Source of the DNA: Pristiophorus japonicus
Taxonomy: Eukaryota
Direction: 5' to 3'
Assembly (NCBI RefSeq): GCF_044704955.1
Contig: NC_091985.1
Coordinates: 106,640,001 to 106,704,000 of the forward strand
Length of the DNA stretch: 64,000 nucleotides
A program made the translations under genes and the position numbers. The first letter of the stretch is position 1. Every line of letters starts with the position of its first letter. This document shows positions 35,190-48,573 of the stretch, piece after piece. The notes beneath the pieces were generated by a model. The model searched no databases. It was not told the origin of the DNA and saw only the letters and a program-made list of their open reading frames with translations.

Positions 35190-37530
35190 TCTCTGAGACA
35201 CGCGCAAGTTGGCATAGGGACAAGCAGATCAGAGAGTTAAATATGTAGTGCAACGAGTTGTGTGGAAGGAAGAGGTTTGGATTCATGGGGCAGGGGCACC
35301 AGTACTGGGGAAAGAGAGAGCTGTTCCATTAGGATGGGCTCCACTGGAACTAGTGTTTTGGCAAATCACATAATTAGGGCTGTATTGAGAGCTTTAAACT
35401 AAAAATTTAAAAAAGGGGGGGCGGGTGCAGGTGAGGGAAAATTTAATAACCTGAAGAGAAAAGTCAAGGCAAAAGAGCAATGTTGTGAATCAATGAAGCC
35501 ACGTAGGTAAAGATAAGCAGTGTGTGACAGGAAGGAACAGAAAGTTTAAATTAATTGTGCATCAGTGAATAAGGTGAAAGCAGGGAATAATAGTAAAAAG
35601 TTAAAATGAAACCTGAATGCACAAGATAGGCAAATTAGTGACACAAAAGAGATAAATGGGTATCATCTAACAGCCATTATAGAAGCGTGGTTGCAAGGTG
35701 ACTAAGGTTGGGAACTAAATATTCCAGGGTACTTAATGTTTCAAAAAGACAGGCCGACTAGAAAAGAAGTGGGGGTGGGGTAGCCCTGATAAAAGATGAC
35801 ATAAGGACACTTATGAGAAATGATCTAGGCTCGGAAGATCAGGATGTAGAACCAGTATAGGTGGAGATAAGAATGGCCTACTCCAGCACCTATTTTCTAT
35901 GTTTAATAAGTGGCAGAAAAGAGTGATGGGAGTAGCTTATAGCTGCCCAAACAGTAGCTATACTGTTGGACAGAGTATTAATAAGAAATAATCGGAGCTT
36001 GCAACAAAGGTAATGCAATAATCGTGGGGAACTTTAATCTTCTTATAGTTCTGGCCAATATTTATCCCTCAATCAACGTAATAAAAAACAGATTTTCTGG
36101 TCATTATCACATCGCTGTTTGTGGGAGCTTGCTTGTGCGCAAATTGGCTGCCAGGTTTCCTACATTACAATAGTGACTACACGTCAAAAGTACTTAATTA
36201 GCTGTAAAGCGCTTTGAGACGTCCGGTGGCCGTGAAAGGCGCTATATAAATCCAAGTCTTTCTGTCTTCAGACTGGGCCAATCAAATTGGCAAGGGTAGT
36301 CTGGAGGATAAGTTCACGGAATACATTAGTGGGAAAGTGGGTTGTGTAGAGGACACAGAGAGGCTGCAAAAAAGATTTAGATAGGTTAAGCGAATGGGCT
36401 AAGGTTTGGCAGATGGAATACAATGTCGGAAAGTGTGAGGTCATCCACCTTGGGGGGGGGGGGGGGAAAGAAACAAAAAAAGGGAATACTATTTGAATGG
36501 GGAGAAATTACAACATGCTGCGGTGCAGAGGGACCTGGGGGTCCTTGTGCATGAATCCCAAAAAGTTAGTTTGCAGGTGCAGCAGGTAATCAGGAAGGCG
36601 AATGGAATGTTGGCCTTCATTGCGAGTGGGATGGAGTACAAAAGCAGGGAGGTCCTTCTGCAACTGTATAGGGTATTGGTGAGGCCGCACCTGGAGTACT
36701 GCGTGCAGTTTTGGTCACCTTACTTAAGGAAGGATATACTGGCTTTGGAGGGGATACAGAGACGATTCACTAGGTTGATTCCAGAGATGAGGGGGTTACC
36801 TTATGATGATAGATTGAGTAGACTGGGTCTTTACGCGTTGGAGTTCAGAAGGATGAGGGGTGATCTTATAGAAACATTTAAAATAGTGAAAGGGATAGAG
36901 AAGATAGAGGCAGAGAGGTTGTTTCCATTCGTCGGGGAGACTAGAACTAGGGGGCACAGCCTCAAAATACGGGGGAGCCAATTTAAAACCGAGTTGAGAA
37001 AGAATTTCTTCTCCCAGAGGGTTGTGAATCTGTGGAATTCTCTGCCCAGGGAAGCAGTTGAGACTAGCTCATTGAATGTATTCAAGTCACAGAGAGATAG
37101 ATTTTTAACCAATAAGGGAATTAAGGGTTATGGGGAACGGGCGGGTAAGTGGAGCTGAGGCCACGGCCAGATCAGCCATGATCTTGTTGAATGGTGGAGC
37201 AGGCTCGAGGGGCTAGATGGCCTACTCCTGTTCCTAATTCTTATGTTCTTTCGTAGAACAATGTCATGGAACCAACCTGGGAACAGGCTGTTTTAGATTT
37301 TGTTTTGTGTAATCTTCATAATAGAAAAGGCAAAAATAGTGGGGAAACAAGGGGCTAATGAGTGAGGAAGTTAAAGTAATTAATTTCAGTAGAGAAAAAG
37401 TATTTGAGAAACTAATGGGACTAAAAGCCAACAAATTCCCTGGACCTGATGGCCTACATCTTAGGGCTCTAGAAGAGGTGGCTGCAGAGATCGTAGATGC
37501 ATTGTTTGTGATCTTCCAAATTGTTTCCAC
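35190..37530 (+). mobile_element. Degraded CR1 host carrying a nested SINE fragment (~36050-36265) and a young CR1 3' fragment
   Basis: Host EN sequence resumes after each insert (GGGAACTTTAATCTT..AGACTGGGCCAATCAAATTGG; TTCGTAGAACAATGT..GAACCAACC). Confidence 0.75.
36325..37250 (+). mobile_element. Young CR1 3' fragment
   Basis: Intact 221-aa C-terminal ORF 36493-37158 plus tail; nearly identical to 26070-26980. Confidence 0.92.
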
Positions 37531-37719
37531 ATGTATGCTGATGGTACACAGATGTGCCTCCCCTCCATCTTTCTCGACCCATCCACTGTCTCTAAACTGT
37601 CAGACTGCTTGTCCAATATCCAGTACCAGTGGTGAGCAGAAATTTCCTCCAAACTCAATATTGGGAGCCATTGTCTTCGGTCCCCATCATATACTCCGTT
37701 CTCTAGTCACTGATTCCAG

Positions 37720-39410
37720 TTACTTTGGTTCTGTTCACGAAGGAAGACACAAATAACCTTCCGGAAGTACTAGGGGACCGAGGGACTAGTGAGAAGGGGG
37801 AACTGAAGGATATCCTTATTCGGTGGGAAATTGATGGGATTGAAGGCTGATAAATCCCTGGAGCCTGATAGTCTGCATCCCAGAGTACTTAAGGAAGTGG
37901 CCCTAGAAATAATGGATGCATTGGTGATCATTTTCCAACAGTCTATCGACTCTGGATCAGTTCCTATGGACTGGAGGGTAGCTAATGTAACACCACTTTT
38001 TAAAAAAGGAGGGAGAGAGAAAACGGGCTTGACATCAGTAGTGGGGAAAATGTTGGAATCAATTATTAAAGATGAAATAACAGCGCATTTGGAAAGCAGT
38101 GACAGGATCGGTCCAAGTCAGCACGGATTTATGAAAGGAAAATCATGCTTGACACATCTGGAATTTTTTGAGGATGTAACTAGTAGAGTGGACAAGGGAG
38201 AACCAGTGGATGTGGTGTATTTGGACTTTCAAAATGCTTTTGACAAAGTCCCTCAAGAGATTGGTGTGCAAAATCAAAGCACATGGTATTGGGGGTAATG
38301 TACTGATGTGGACAGAGAACTGGTTGGCAGACAAGAGCAGAGAGTCGGGATAAACGGGTCCTTTTCAGAATGGCAGGCATTGACTAGTGGAGTGCCGCAG
38401 AGCTCAGTGCTGGGACCCCAGCTATTTACAATATACATTAATGATTTGGATGAAGGAATTGAGTGTAATATCTCCAAGTTTGCAGATGACACTAAACTGG
38501 GTGGTGGTGTGAGCTGTGAGCAGGACACCAAGAGGCTGCAGGATGACCTGGACAGGTTAGGTGAGTGGGCAAATGCATGGCAGATGCAGTATAATGTGGA
38601 TAAATGTGAGGTTATCCACTTTGGGGGCAGAAACACGAAGGCAGAATATTATCTGAATGTTGGCAGATTAGGAAAAGGGGAGGTACAACGAGATCTGGGT
38701 GTCATGGTACATCCGTCATTGAAAGTTGGCATGCAGGTACAGCAAGCAGTGAAGAAGGCAAATGGTATGTTGGTCTTCATAGCTAGGGGATTTGAGTATA
38801 GGAGCAGGGAGGTCTTACCGCAGTTGTACAGGGTCTTGGTGAGGCCTCACCTGGAATATTGTATTCAGTTTTGGTCTCCTAATCTGAGGAAGGACGTTCT
38901 TGCTATTGAGGGAGTGCAGCGAAGGTTCACCAGACTGATTCCCAGGATGGCAGGACTGAGCTATGAGGAGAGACTGGATCGACTGGGCCTGTATTCACTG
39001 GAGTTTAGAAGGATGAGAGGGGACCTCATAGAAACATATATAATTCTGAAGGGACTGGACAGGTTAGATGCAGGAAGAATGTTCCCGATGTTGGGGAAGT
39101 CCAGAACCAGGGGACATCGTCTAAGGATAAGGGGTAAGCCATTTAGGACTGAGATGAGGAGAAACTCCTTCACTCAGAGAATTGTTAACCTGTGGAATTC
39201 CCTACCACAGAGAGTTGTTGATGCCAGTTCGTTGGATATATTCAAGAGGGAGTTAGATATGGCCCTTACGGCTAAAGGGATTAAGGGGTATGGAGAGAAA
39301 GCAGGAAAGGGTTGATCATTCACCTCAGTACCCATGATCTTATTGAATGGTGGTGCAGGCTCGAAGGGCCGAATGGCCTACTCCTGCACCTATTTTCTAT
39401 GTTTCTGTGT
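37720..39410 (+). mobile_element. CR1 RT and 3' end inserted into an L2-like LINE
   Basis: ORF 38308-39315 with [22 protein letters not shown] and VRPHLEYC. Tail TTTTCTATGTTTCTGTGTTT. L2-like sequence on both sides (37535-37720 and 39415-40135). Confidence 0.9.
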
Positions 39411-39414
39411 TTCC

Positions 39415-40135
39415 TTCCAACTGTCGTGAGGGTGAACCAGCCTTTGTTATATTTGACCCCCAGGGTGAACTTCCTACCACACATCCATGCCATCACTAAG
39501 ACTGCCTTTTTCAACCTCTTGAAGATCGTACGACTCCGCTCCTGCCTCTACTCATTTTCTGCTGAAACCCTCATCCCAGGCCTTTGTTAGCTCGCAACTT
39601 GACTATTCCAACACCTCCTGGCTGGCCTCCCTAGCTTGAGATCATTCAAAACTCTACTGCTCGTGTCCTAATTTACACCAAGTACCGCTCGCCCATTTAC
39701 CCTGTACTCGCTGACCTACTTTGCCTCCTGGTTAAACAGCGTCTCGATTTTAAAATTCTCATCCTTGTTTTCAAATCTTTTAATGGCCTTGCCCCTCCCT
39801 ATCTCAAATCTTTTCCAGCCCTACAACCTCTGTTTCCCCCCCCACCCCCCTCCCACACTGAGAGATCACTGCTCGGCCAATTCTGGCCTCTTGAGCATCC
39901 CCAATTTTAATCGTTCCACGATTGGCTGGTGTCCCTTCAGGTGCCTCGGTCCAAAGCTCCATAAACCTCTCCGCCTCTACCTCACTTTCGTCCTTTAAGA
40001 CGCTCCTTAAAAGATATCTTTTCTGCCCTAATATTTCCTTATGTGGTTTGGTGTCAAATTTTATTTGGTAATGCTCCTGTGAAGCGCCTTGCGACGTTTT
40101 ACTATGTTAAAGGCATTATATAAATGCATGTTTTT
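39415..40135 (+). mobile_element. L2-clade LINE 3' fragment
   Basis: PHIHAITKTAFF..IVRLR..AETLI, GACTATTCCAAC..CTGGCTGGCCTCCC, TTTAAAATTCTC and tail GCGCCTTG..TTAAAGGC..TATATAAAT. Confidence 0.78.
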
Positions 40136-40139
40136 GTTG

Positions 40140-41350
40140 AAAGGGATGATGTACTTGAGGGTTCAAAGACTGAATCTGTTTGGTTAGAAATAAGGGACAC
40201 TAAAGGAGCTATTACAGCAGTGGCCACCAAATAGAGAGAAGGAGATAGAGGAGCAAATTTTCAGGCAAATTTCAGAAAGTTGCAAGAACTTTGGAGAAGT
40301 AATAATGGGGGACCTCAGTTAACCTAATACAGACTGGGATAGTAACAACTTAAAGGATAAAGAGGAGGAGGAATTCTGAAAATGTATACAAGAGAACCTT
40401 CCTGATCAGTGTGTTTCCAGCCACATGAGGAAGGAAGCAGTGGGGCAAGTGGAGCATGTTTCAATGGAGTAGCATTTGGGAAATGGTGATCATAATATCA
40501 TTAGGTTTAGAGTAGTTATGTAAAAGGGCAAGGCACAATCAACTTGAAAATGTATAACTGGAGGAGGGCTAATTTTAGTGATTTGAAAGGGGCTCTGGCC
40601 CAAGCGGATTAAAATCAAAGATTGTCGGGTAAAACGATAAATGTGCAATGGGAGGCCTTCAAAGAGGAGATACTTCGGGTACAGACGAGACACATTTCCA
40701 CTCGCTGTACAAAACAATTCTCATCTCACCACTCGCTCTTTTGCCCATTATATTAAATCCGAGCCCTCTAGTTACCGCCTCTTCTGACAGTGGAAAGTTT
40801 CTCCTTATTTACTCTCTCAAAACCCTTCATGATTTTAAACACCTTTATTAACCTCCTCTGCTCTCCGGAGAACCACCTCAGTTTCTCTGGAAAGGAAGGG
40901 CATCCAAGGCTAGAGCACCTTGAATGACTAAAGGTATAGAGATGAAAATGAACCAGAAAAAAAGAGGCTTGGGATAAATGTCAATGAAGTGGGGAGAGTA
41001 GAGAAGCTGAGGTGGTTCTCCGGAGAGCAGAGGAGGTTAATAGAGGTGTTTAAAATCATGAAGGGTTTTGAGAGAGTAAATAAGGAGAAACTTTCCACTG
41101 TCAAGAGGCGGTAACCAGAGGACTCGGATTTAATATAATGGGCAAAAGAGCGAGTGGTGAGATGAGAATTGTTTTATACAGCGAGTTATGATTTGGAATT
41201 CAATAGTAACTTTCAAAAAGGAATTGGATTAAATACTTGAAGAGGAGAAAATGGCTGGGGAAAAGGCTGGGCCGGGACTAATTGTATAGCTTTTTCAAAG
41301 TGCAGTCATGATGGGCTGAATGGCCTGTTTTTGTGCTGTAAGATTCTGAG
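40140..41350 (+). mobile_element. Old rearranged CR1 with an internal inverted duplication
   Basis: Degenerate EN-region sequence, then a 3'-end sequence; 40700-40888 is an inverted copy of 41000-41186. Confidence 0.75.
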
Positions 41351-42214
41351 AGTGCCTCACCTGACTTTGCAAAGCCTTTCCACCAACTATAAGGCACATA
41401 TCAAGAGTTTGATGGAATACTCTCCACTTGCCTAGATGGGTGCAGCTGCAACAATACAATAATACTCAAAAAGCTCAACACCATCCAGAGCAAAGCAGTC
41501 TTCTTGACTGACACTCCAGCCACCATCTGAAACATCCACTTCTTCCCTTCCCCACCCCACCCCACAAAAGAATAACCTGTGATGATGTAGGAACAGGGAA
41601 AATAATTTCACTGGTGCAGTGGGAGTAGGTATCTGAGCTTAGTTTCTGGGCAGGGACAGAATAGAAGGAAGCTTTACTGTGCATTGATTTGTGCAATACT
41701 TGACCCAGAAGAGGTTGATGTTGACATTGGGCAACAAAAGTAGGAAAAGTGTTCCATACTCCATTACTGATTTAGCAGCACAGTTATTGAAAATTAAAAA
41801 AAAAAAATCAATTTATTTAAAACGAAGAGCAAATCAAGGTTTCCTCTAGGCTCTCATTGATTCGTCCATTCCATTAGCGCAGATGTGCTAGGGTTTGTAG
41901 GCCAAATAAATCTTTTACAGCCTACCTGCATAAGAACAGGTTCAAGGGCATTTGAATGCATAAGTAAGTGCAGTGCAAGGGAGAATTTCAGGCATACACT
42001 GGCTGAGTTTATTGTTTATGCATCAGCGAAATAGACAAATACAGTGCTCTGTGGAACGGGCAAGTAAATTAACAATTTTTAAGAGATTTTATTTCTTGAA
42101 TCTTGTCTGCACTCTGGCAGTGCAATTTAATCTGTGAATCTAATGAAGTAGGAAGTTATAAGCTGGAAATAATGTGCTTGTAGGTGGAAAGAGGTTGTAC
42201 CATAACATTAAGGT

Positions 42215-42651
42215 AAAGAAAGAAAGACTTGGATTGATACAGCACCTTTCACGACCACTGGGTGTCTCCAAGCGCTTTACAGCCAATGAAGTACTTTGGA
42301 GTGTAGTCGCTTTTGTAATGTGGGAAAAGCGGCAGCTAACTTGCGCACAGCAAACTCCCACCAACAGCTATGTGATAATGACCAATGATCTATTTTCGTT
42401 ATGTTGATTGAGGGATAAATATTGGTTCGGACACCGGGGATAGCTCCCTTGCTCTTCTTTGAAATAGTGTGCGGATGGGGTCTCTGTTTAACGTTCCATC
42501 CGAAAGATGGCACCTCCGACAGTGCAGCATTCCCTCAGCACTGCACTGGAATGTCAGCCTAGATTTATGTGCGCAAGTCCCTGGAGTGGGACGTGAACCC
42601 ACAACCTTCTTACTCAGGCGAGTGTGTTACCCACTGAGCCACAGCTGACAC
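42215..42651 (-). mobile_element. tRNA-derived SINE (SacSINE1/DeuSINE-like), full length
   Basis: Minus-strand head GTGTCAGCTGTGGCTCAGTGG (A box) and GGTTCACGTCC (B box), conserved central block, (TCTT)n tail. Confidence 0.85.
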
Positions 42652-44164
42652 TGCTAGGTAAATGAAGATAGAGCAAAAGGATGCAATTCAAAGATGTTTT
42701 GGGATATGGTCTTCAGGACAGATAAATATAGAAAGAGGGTACATGCAGATTCTTCCTCCTTATTCCTTGATGAAGCTTGACTTGTATTTAGAGATGTCAA
42801 GTTCTGTTGGTGGAATCAATCCATTTTATCATTGGAGTTGACATGGTGGCAAAAAAGGTCATGCCTCCTTCCTATAATGCTGTCTCCCTCTCATCTAAAA
42901 TTGACCTCTGAGGGTTATGTTAAAGTAAAGCTCAACAGTGCTGGAAATATTTTTTTAAATCTGCATATACAGGAAAACAGTGATCCTGCAGTTTTGATAT
43001 GAAGGTGGGTTTAAAAAAAAGACACATTTTCCATCTTTAGCATAATTAAAAAATGGCCAGCAGAGGTAGGAGCATAAACTACTCTTGAAACAGGCTGCCA
43101 GAAGTGGAATTGTTTTTCCCCTTGGTGTGGGACTCTGCATTTAGTTCGAAATATATCAAAAAGTCAGGTTTTGTTTATGCTAAATACTTCAAATTTGCTA
43201 CTGTTTATAGTACAAAATGGAGGTGAATGTCTTGAGCAACATTATTTTCGATTATGCTTCAGCTCTTATTTACCACTATAAACCACATGTTGTATTTCAG
43301 GCAATTCTAGATTATGTAGTGGAGGTCTTTATGACCAAAATATTAATTACTGTGGAGAGTTCCACATTATCAATTTAAAAATAACCTAATCAATATATTT
43401 TTTTAACTGAGATGCTTTTCTGGCAAAAGCGATGTATACATTTAAAAAAAATAATTGATAGTGGTCTCTTAATCTTTACATTTTTTTCCTAGATTTTGAG
43501 TTTGCCATTGTTATACCAGATCAGTGTCATATTTATAGTAATTAGAAGTGTCACAAAGATTTTAACACTGACACAAGTTTGTCTTTTAAGACAAAATATT
43601 AACATTTTTTTCCACTTGCAGCTGATCTTGAAGCAATTTAATAAAAGTACATAATACTTCACATGATATTCCAAGCTCACCACTGGCAGTTTCAATACTG
43701 GCTTGTAAAAATGTCAAACTACTGACAATAGGTTGCAGCAGTGCCCAGGATGTTTGGTATCTTGACATTCACTTTCTGATATGGTGCATTGAAAGATAGT
43801 TGAATATGCTATTGTGGATTTTGTGTGTATATATTCTTTGCATGCACTCTTCCGTCGCACTTCAAATTTGTGATGCAAATTTCTGTGTCACTTTAAAAAA
43901 AAGTATACAGAAACAAAGTTGGTCATTTGCTATATCCAGAACATTACCAATGCCACAATATCTCCAGCTTTTCATTGAATTTCTGAATAAATTCTTGCAG
44001 TGTTTACTTAACATCAAATATTTTGTAGCCTTAAAGGGACACACTTTAGCAGAAACAATACATTCGGTAGAATTTCTGCTTTGGGCAGTCAGCACATTAT
44101 GCCCAAAATGCACTTGAAATTATACTGGTTAGGTTGCAGTTCAAGTTTCTGCTAAAATTCAATT

Positions 44165-44875
44165 CTGCAAAGTGCCGCAGTACAGCGGGACCTGGTGGTA
44201 CTTGTGCATGAAACACAAAAGGATAGTATGCAGGTACAGCAAGTGATCAGGAAGGCCGATGGTATTTTGGCCTTTATTGCAAAGGGGATGGAGTATAAAA
44301 GCAGGGAAGTTTTGCTACAGCTATACAAGGTATTGGTGGCCACACCTGGAATACTGCGTGCAGTTTTGGTTTCCATATTTACGAAAGGATATACTTTGGA
44401 GAAGGTTCACTAGGTTGATTCTGGGGATGAGGGAGTTGTCTTTTGAGGAAAGGTTGAGTAGGTTGGGCCTCTACTCATTGGAATTCAGAAGAATGAATCC
44501 TTCGAAATGTATAAGATTATGAGGGGGCTTGACAAGGTGGATGCAGCGAGGATCTTTCCACTGATGGGGGAGACTAGAACGAGAGGGCATGATCTTAGAA
44601 TAAGGGGCCGCCCATTTAAAACAGATGAGGAATTTCTTCTCTCGGAGGGTTGTAAATCTGTGGAATTCGCTGCCTCAGAGAATTGTGGAAGCTGGGACAT
44701 TGAAAAATTTAAGACAGAAATAGATAGTTTATTAAACGATAAGGGGTTATGGGGAGCGGGCGGGGATTTGGAGCTGAGTCCATGATCAGATCAGCCATGA
44801 TCTTACTGAATGGCGGAACAGGCTCGAGGGGCTGTATGGCCTACTCTTGTTCCTATTTCTTATGTTCTTATGTTC
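44165..44875 (+). mobile_element. CR1 3' fragment
   Basis: [28 protein letters not shown] and tail TTCTTATGTTCTTATGTT. Confidence 0.9.
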
Positions 44876-47800
44876 ATAATCATAAACGTAAAATCTTCCA
44901 TGAACCAGCACAATTGGACAGCGTAATGAATGTAATTGTTTCTTTTATTTTTTTTCCATTAAAATGTATTCTTGATTTATTTAAGAGTGGTAACCTGGTG
45001 CAGCTTTATTAATTTAGCTGAAAATGAGTGTCAGCAAAAATGTTGATTTTAATAAGGTTGTGTCCAGTCTTTCACATGTGAGTAACCTGATTTAAAATCA
45101 CACAAAATGTATTTTTTTTTAAACTACTGAACCATTTCATTGCTGTACACTAATCAGTATCTTAGTAATTCAATATTTTTTGGTATAAAAATCTTTTATA
45201 ACATGCCTCTGTGCCGAATAAAATTAACACACGTTGAAGAGCCTTCCTGAACCAGCGGAATCTCGCAATTTTGACCTGAGGTGTTGCCAGTTTTGTGGGC
45301 AGTATCTAATGCGGGCAAATTGAATCTTGAACCAGCATAAAAGATAGTAGAGAACATGAACATAAGTGGTTTTGGGCATAATTCACTTAATTCTCCGATC
45401 TTTTTCCCTCCAGGTTGTGCTGATATTACTAGTGGATATTACTTCCTGTGAAAAGTGCCATGTTAAAAACTGCAATCTGGTGCACAATTTCAGTGTTCAC
45501 AACTCTCAAGGTTGTGCAAATGCATCCAAAAATCTTTCTAATAACAGGGAAAGAGAGTCTGTTATTGGGAATGTATCGAATAACTTCTTAATGAACACAA
45601 CCCTGATTTACACAGGAGTCAGAATATGTGTAGCCTATGAATTAAAATAATTTTAGCAGTCACACTTGAGACAGGGAAAGTTCTTTTTTGATTCTGATTT
45701 GCAGTGCAAATAGCAATTAAGCTATGACTACTTGCAGAATTACCTCAGCAATCAAACTGATTGTTCTGAGGCTCTACATCATAATTCAACTTTGTGGCAT
45801 TAAAATGACACAGTTCCAATTTAGCAACAAAATGATACATTGTGGTATATACTCCTGCTCTTCTAAAACAATGGACCAAATCTTGCTGGAAAAATAATGG
45901 CGTGTTAACGATGCACGTTGTTGTTCATGCGCAAATCGGCCAGGGGATGAAGCGGTATGTCAGAAGTTGCGAATTTCCATAACTTGTTGGTCAATTTACG
46001 CCGCTCTGCCACTTCCGTCACAAAAGTGGCATTTCACCCTTAGCCTCTTGGTTATTTTTAAGAAATTGCTGAATTTGGACCGTTAAACTCACTGCAGAAT
46101 GTTAGGGCTCATAATTAATGGCATGAGTACCCTTTCAGTAATGTGATAATTATTAATGCAATGCCAATCAATATCTCTGGCCCAGAAAGGGAACAATTTA
46201 AACTAGACTCTCATTCCTGCATGTAGTAAATTGTTGCTAGAGATTTTTTTAAATGACATTGAATCGAGGAAGGGAAACGATTTGGCCCGTGCTGGCTCCT
46301 TTGAAAGAGCAGTTGTGCTTAGTTCCACACCCTGTTTTTTTTGTACGTAGCCCTGTAAGTTCCTCATCCTCTGCGGCTGTGGCTGATTTGTCCTGCCATA
46401 ACCATGGAGCTGTGGTGCTAATTGTCCCAGCTGCACCTTCCAAGGCAGGTACTCAACACTGACGACAACTAAAATTTTTTGGTGTGGATGTGCATTGATG
46501 TGGCTGTGCATTGATGATGGGTATTTCAAACTCATTTGTTTCCTATCTCCTTTTAGTTTTGTAAATTATGCCGTAGATAGATGAATAGAAGGTCCCCCTG
46601 TGGCTTTGTAGATAAATGCACTGTGGTACAGTGGCAAGCCATATTGTCCAGAAAGGCATCAGTTTCAATCCTCAAACTGAGATGATCAAGCTGGTCTCAG
46701 CCAGGTCAGCAACTGTGATGGTTCTATTGACCTTTAGTTCCAATATCTATTTTATAATCTTTTTTGCTTTCCTATATTATCATCTACTTTTTTGGCCAAG
46801 TGGACATTATGCTATTACTAAATTGACTCCAATGAGTTGCTGGGTGTCTGGTTGTCCAAACTTTGGTTTGTCCCTTTTTGTAAGGGGCACCAAACTTTCC
46901 CACAAGAGTAAAGTTGAGATTTGCAGCTCACTTGGAAATAATGAGTGTACTCATCCTGCTATTCTGTGGAGCATTTTGTTGGGACGACTTTGATCTGACA
47001 CACAAGCCTCTCACTTGCTCCGTCCAGTTTTGTGCAGAACTGACTTCAGTACCTTCAAGCTGTTTCAAGTTCTGGGGTCCAGAGGACTGGAAATCATTGC
47101 TCTTTGATGGTAGATTTTGGTAGTGCCTCGTCATGATGCTTCAGGTGTTATTTAGGCATTGACATCAGGGGTTATTTACTGAAGTTTGTGCAGCTAAAGC
47201 AGTAGTATTACCACAGGAAAGGGAAGGACAAAGTAAATCTAGACCCCCAGATAAATTCTGGGAGATTACATTCACTTTAGGTTGTCTTTCTTTGGCTCGA
47301 AAGCAGTCTCTGTAGGCAGTAGTAAAACTAAGCGGTTATGGCTGTCGTTTTAAGTCCATATAGTAGGAAAAATGTGTTTAAAGGATTGACCCGCCTGTGG
47401 ATGCATGCAAGACTCCACCGTCTTAATGTAGCCTAATTTAAGTGTCAAATTCCAACTCTTAGTTAATTTTAAAAGAAAGTATGGTGGCCATTTTAAAATG
47501 TTGAGGATGTTTAGTTGCCACCCAAGGCAGACTGACACAGGAAGTCAATATAATTCAAAAAGATGTTTCAGTTCAACAAATTGCCAAATAATCTTTCTGA
47601 TTAAAATGTCTGTTGTGTGCTTGGTATCCAGGAAATACGTCAGTGAGTTACAATTCTATTCTGATCTTAAGAACTGTGAGCAGACAAAGTTTCAGATGCT
47701 CATTGCACACTTGAAAAGTGCAGATGTGAAACCTTTGTGACTTTCAATTTTTGTCCCTTCAGAAATGTATCTTGCTTTGCTTTCACTTCTATGCTGCAGG

Positions 47801-47974
47801 TGTTATGTTGCCCACATTAGCTTGCTACACAAAGTATTCACAAAATGGCAGTTAACCATTTGGGTCAATAAAATATCAACATGTATAGTTATTTTACAGG
47901 CATTGAGCAGGATAAGTAAAAAGATAAAAATGTAAAATATCTAGCCACTCCTCTGAATTATTACAAAGTATTTC

Positions 47975-48290
47975 AAAGTATTTACAGTATAGAAATAGGT
48001 CATTTGACCCAACAGGTCCATGCCAGTGTTTATGCTCCAGATGAGCCTCTTCCCACCCGTCTTCTAACTCCATCAATATATCCTTGAATTCCTTCCTCCC
48101 TCATGTGCTTATCTAGCTTCGCTTTGAATGCACCTAAGCTATTTGCCTCAACTACTCGTTGTGGTAGCGAGTTCCACATTCTAACCACTGTCTGGATAAA
48201 GACGTTTCTCCTGAATTCCCTATTGAATTTATTGGTGACTATATAATATATATGGCCCCTAGGTCAGTTCTCACCCGCAAGTGGAAAGAC
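47975..48290 (-). mobile_element. Old CR1 3' fragment
   Basis: Similar to 26986-27300 (GTGGTAGCGAGTTCCACATTCT, CCTGAATTCCCTATTG). Confidence 0.7.
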
Positions 48291-48330
48291 ATATAAATGT
48301 GATCGTTCATAAAGTTTAAAGGGACCTCGG

Positions 48331-48477
48331 CAATGTTCCCTGTGAAATTTTTTTGGGCCGTATGGCCTCTTTAACGGGCTGCGCGGCCCATTCAAAATAC
48401 TGCGTATGAGCGTTTTTTTCTATTTAAAAGCCGACTGCGTGGGGCCCCTGGAGCGCTGCATAGCTTAGAGAACATTG
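48331..48477. mobile_element. hAT-type MITE
   Basis: TIRs CAATGTTCCCT / AGAGAACATTG; 8-bp flanks GACCTCGG / GATCTCAG (6 of 8 match). Confidence 0.75.
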
Positions 48478-48573
48478 GATCTCAGTACCCCTCAAGTTGT
48501 TGGGAAAACTTGTAAGTGTGCAACAGAATAAAGTAATTGTGAAATCATGTGTTCCCATCCCAAAATGCATGTT

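Noticed and set aside
42580-42651. tRNA gene
   Set aside because: The A and B boxes belong to a SINE head continuous with the SINE body; the same applies to ~48970-49043.
43260-43310. SCAF8 exon 2 (TATAAACCA = YKP)
   Set aside because: Surrounding translation (ALIYHYKPHVV) does not match LYSLNDYKPPISKAK.
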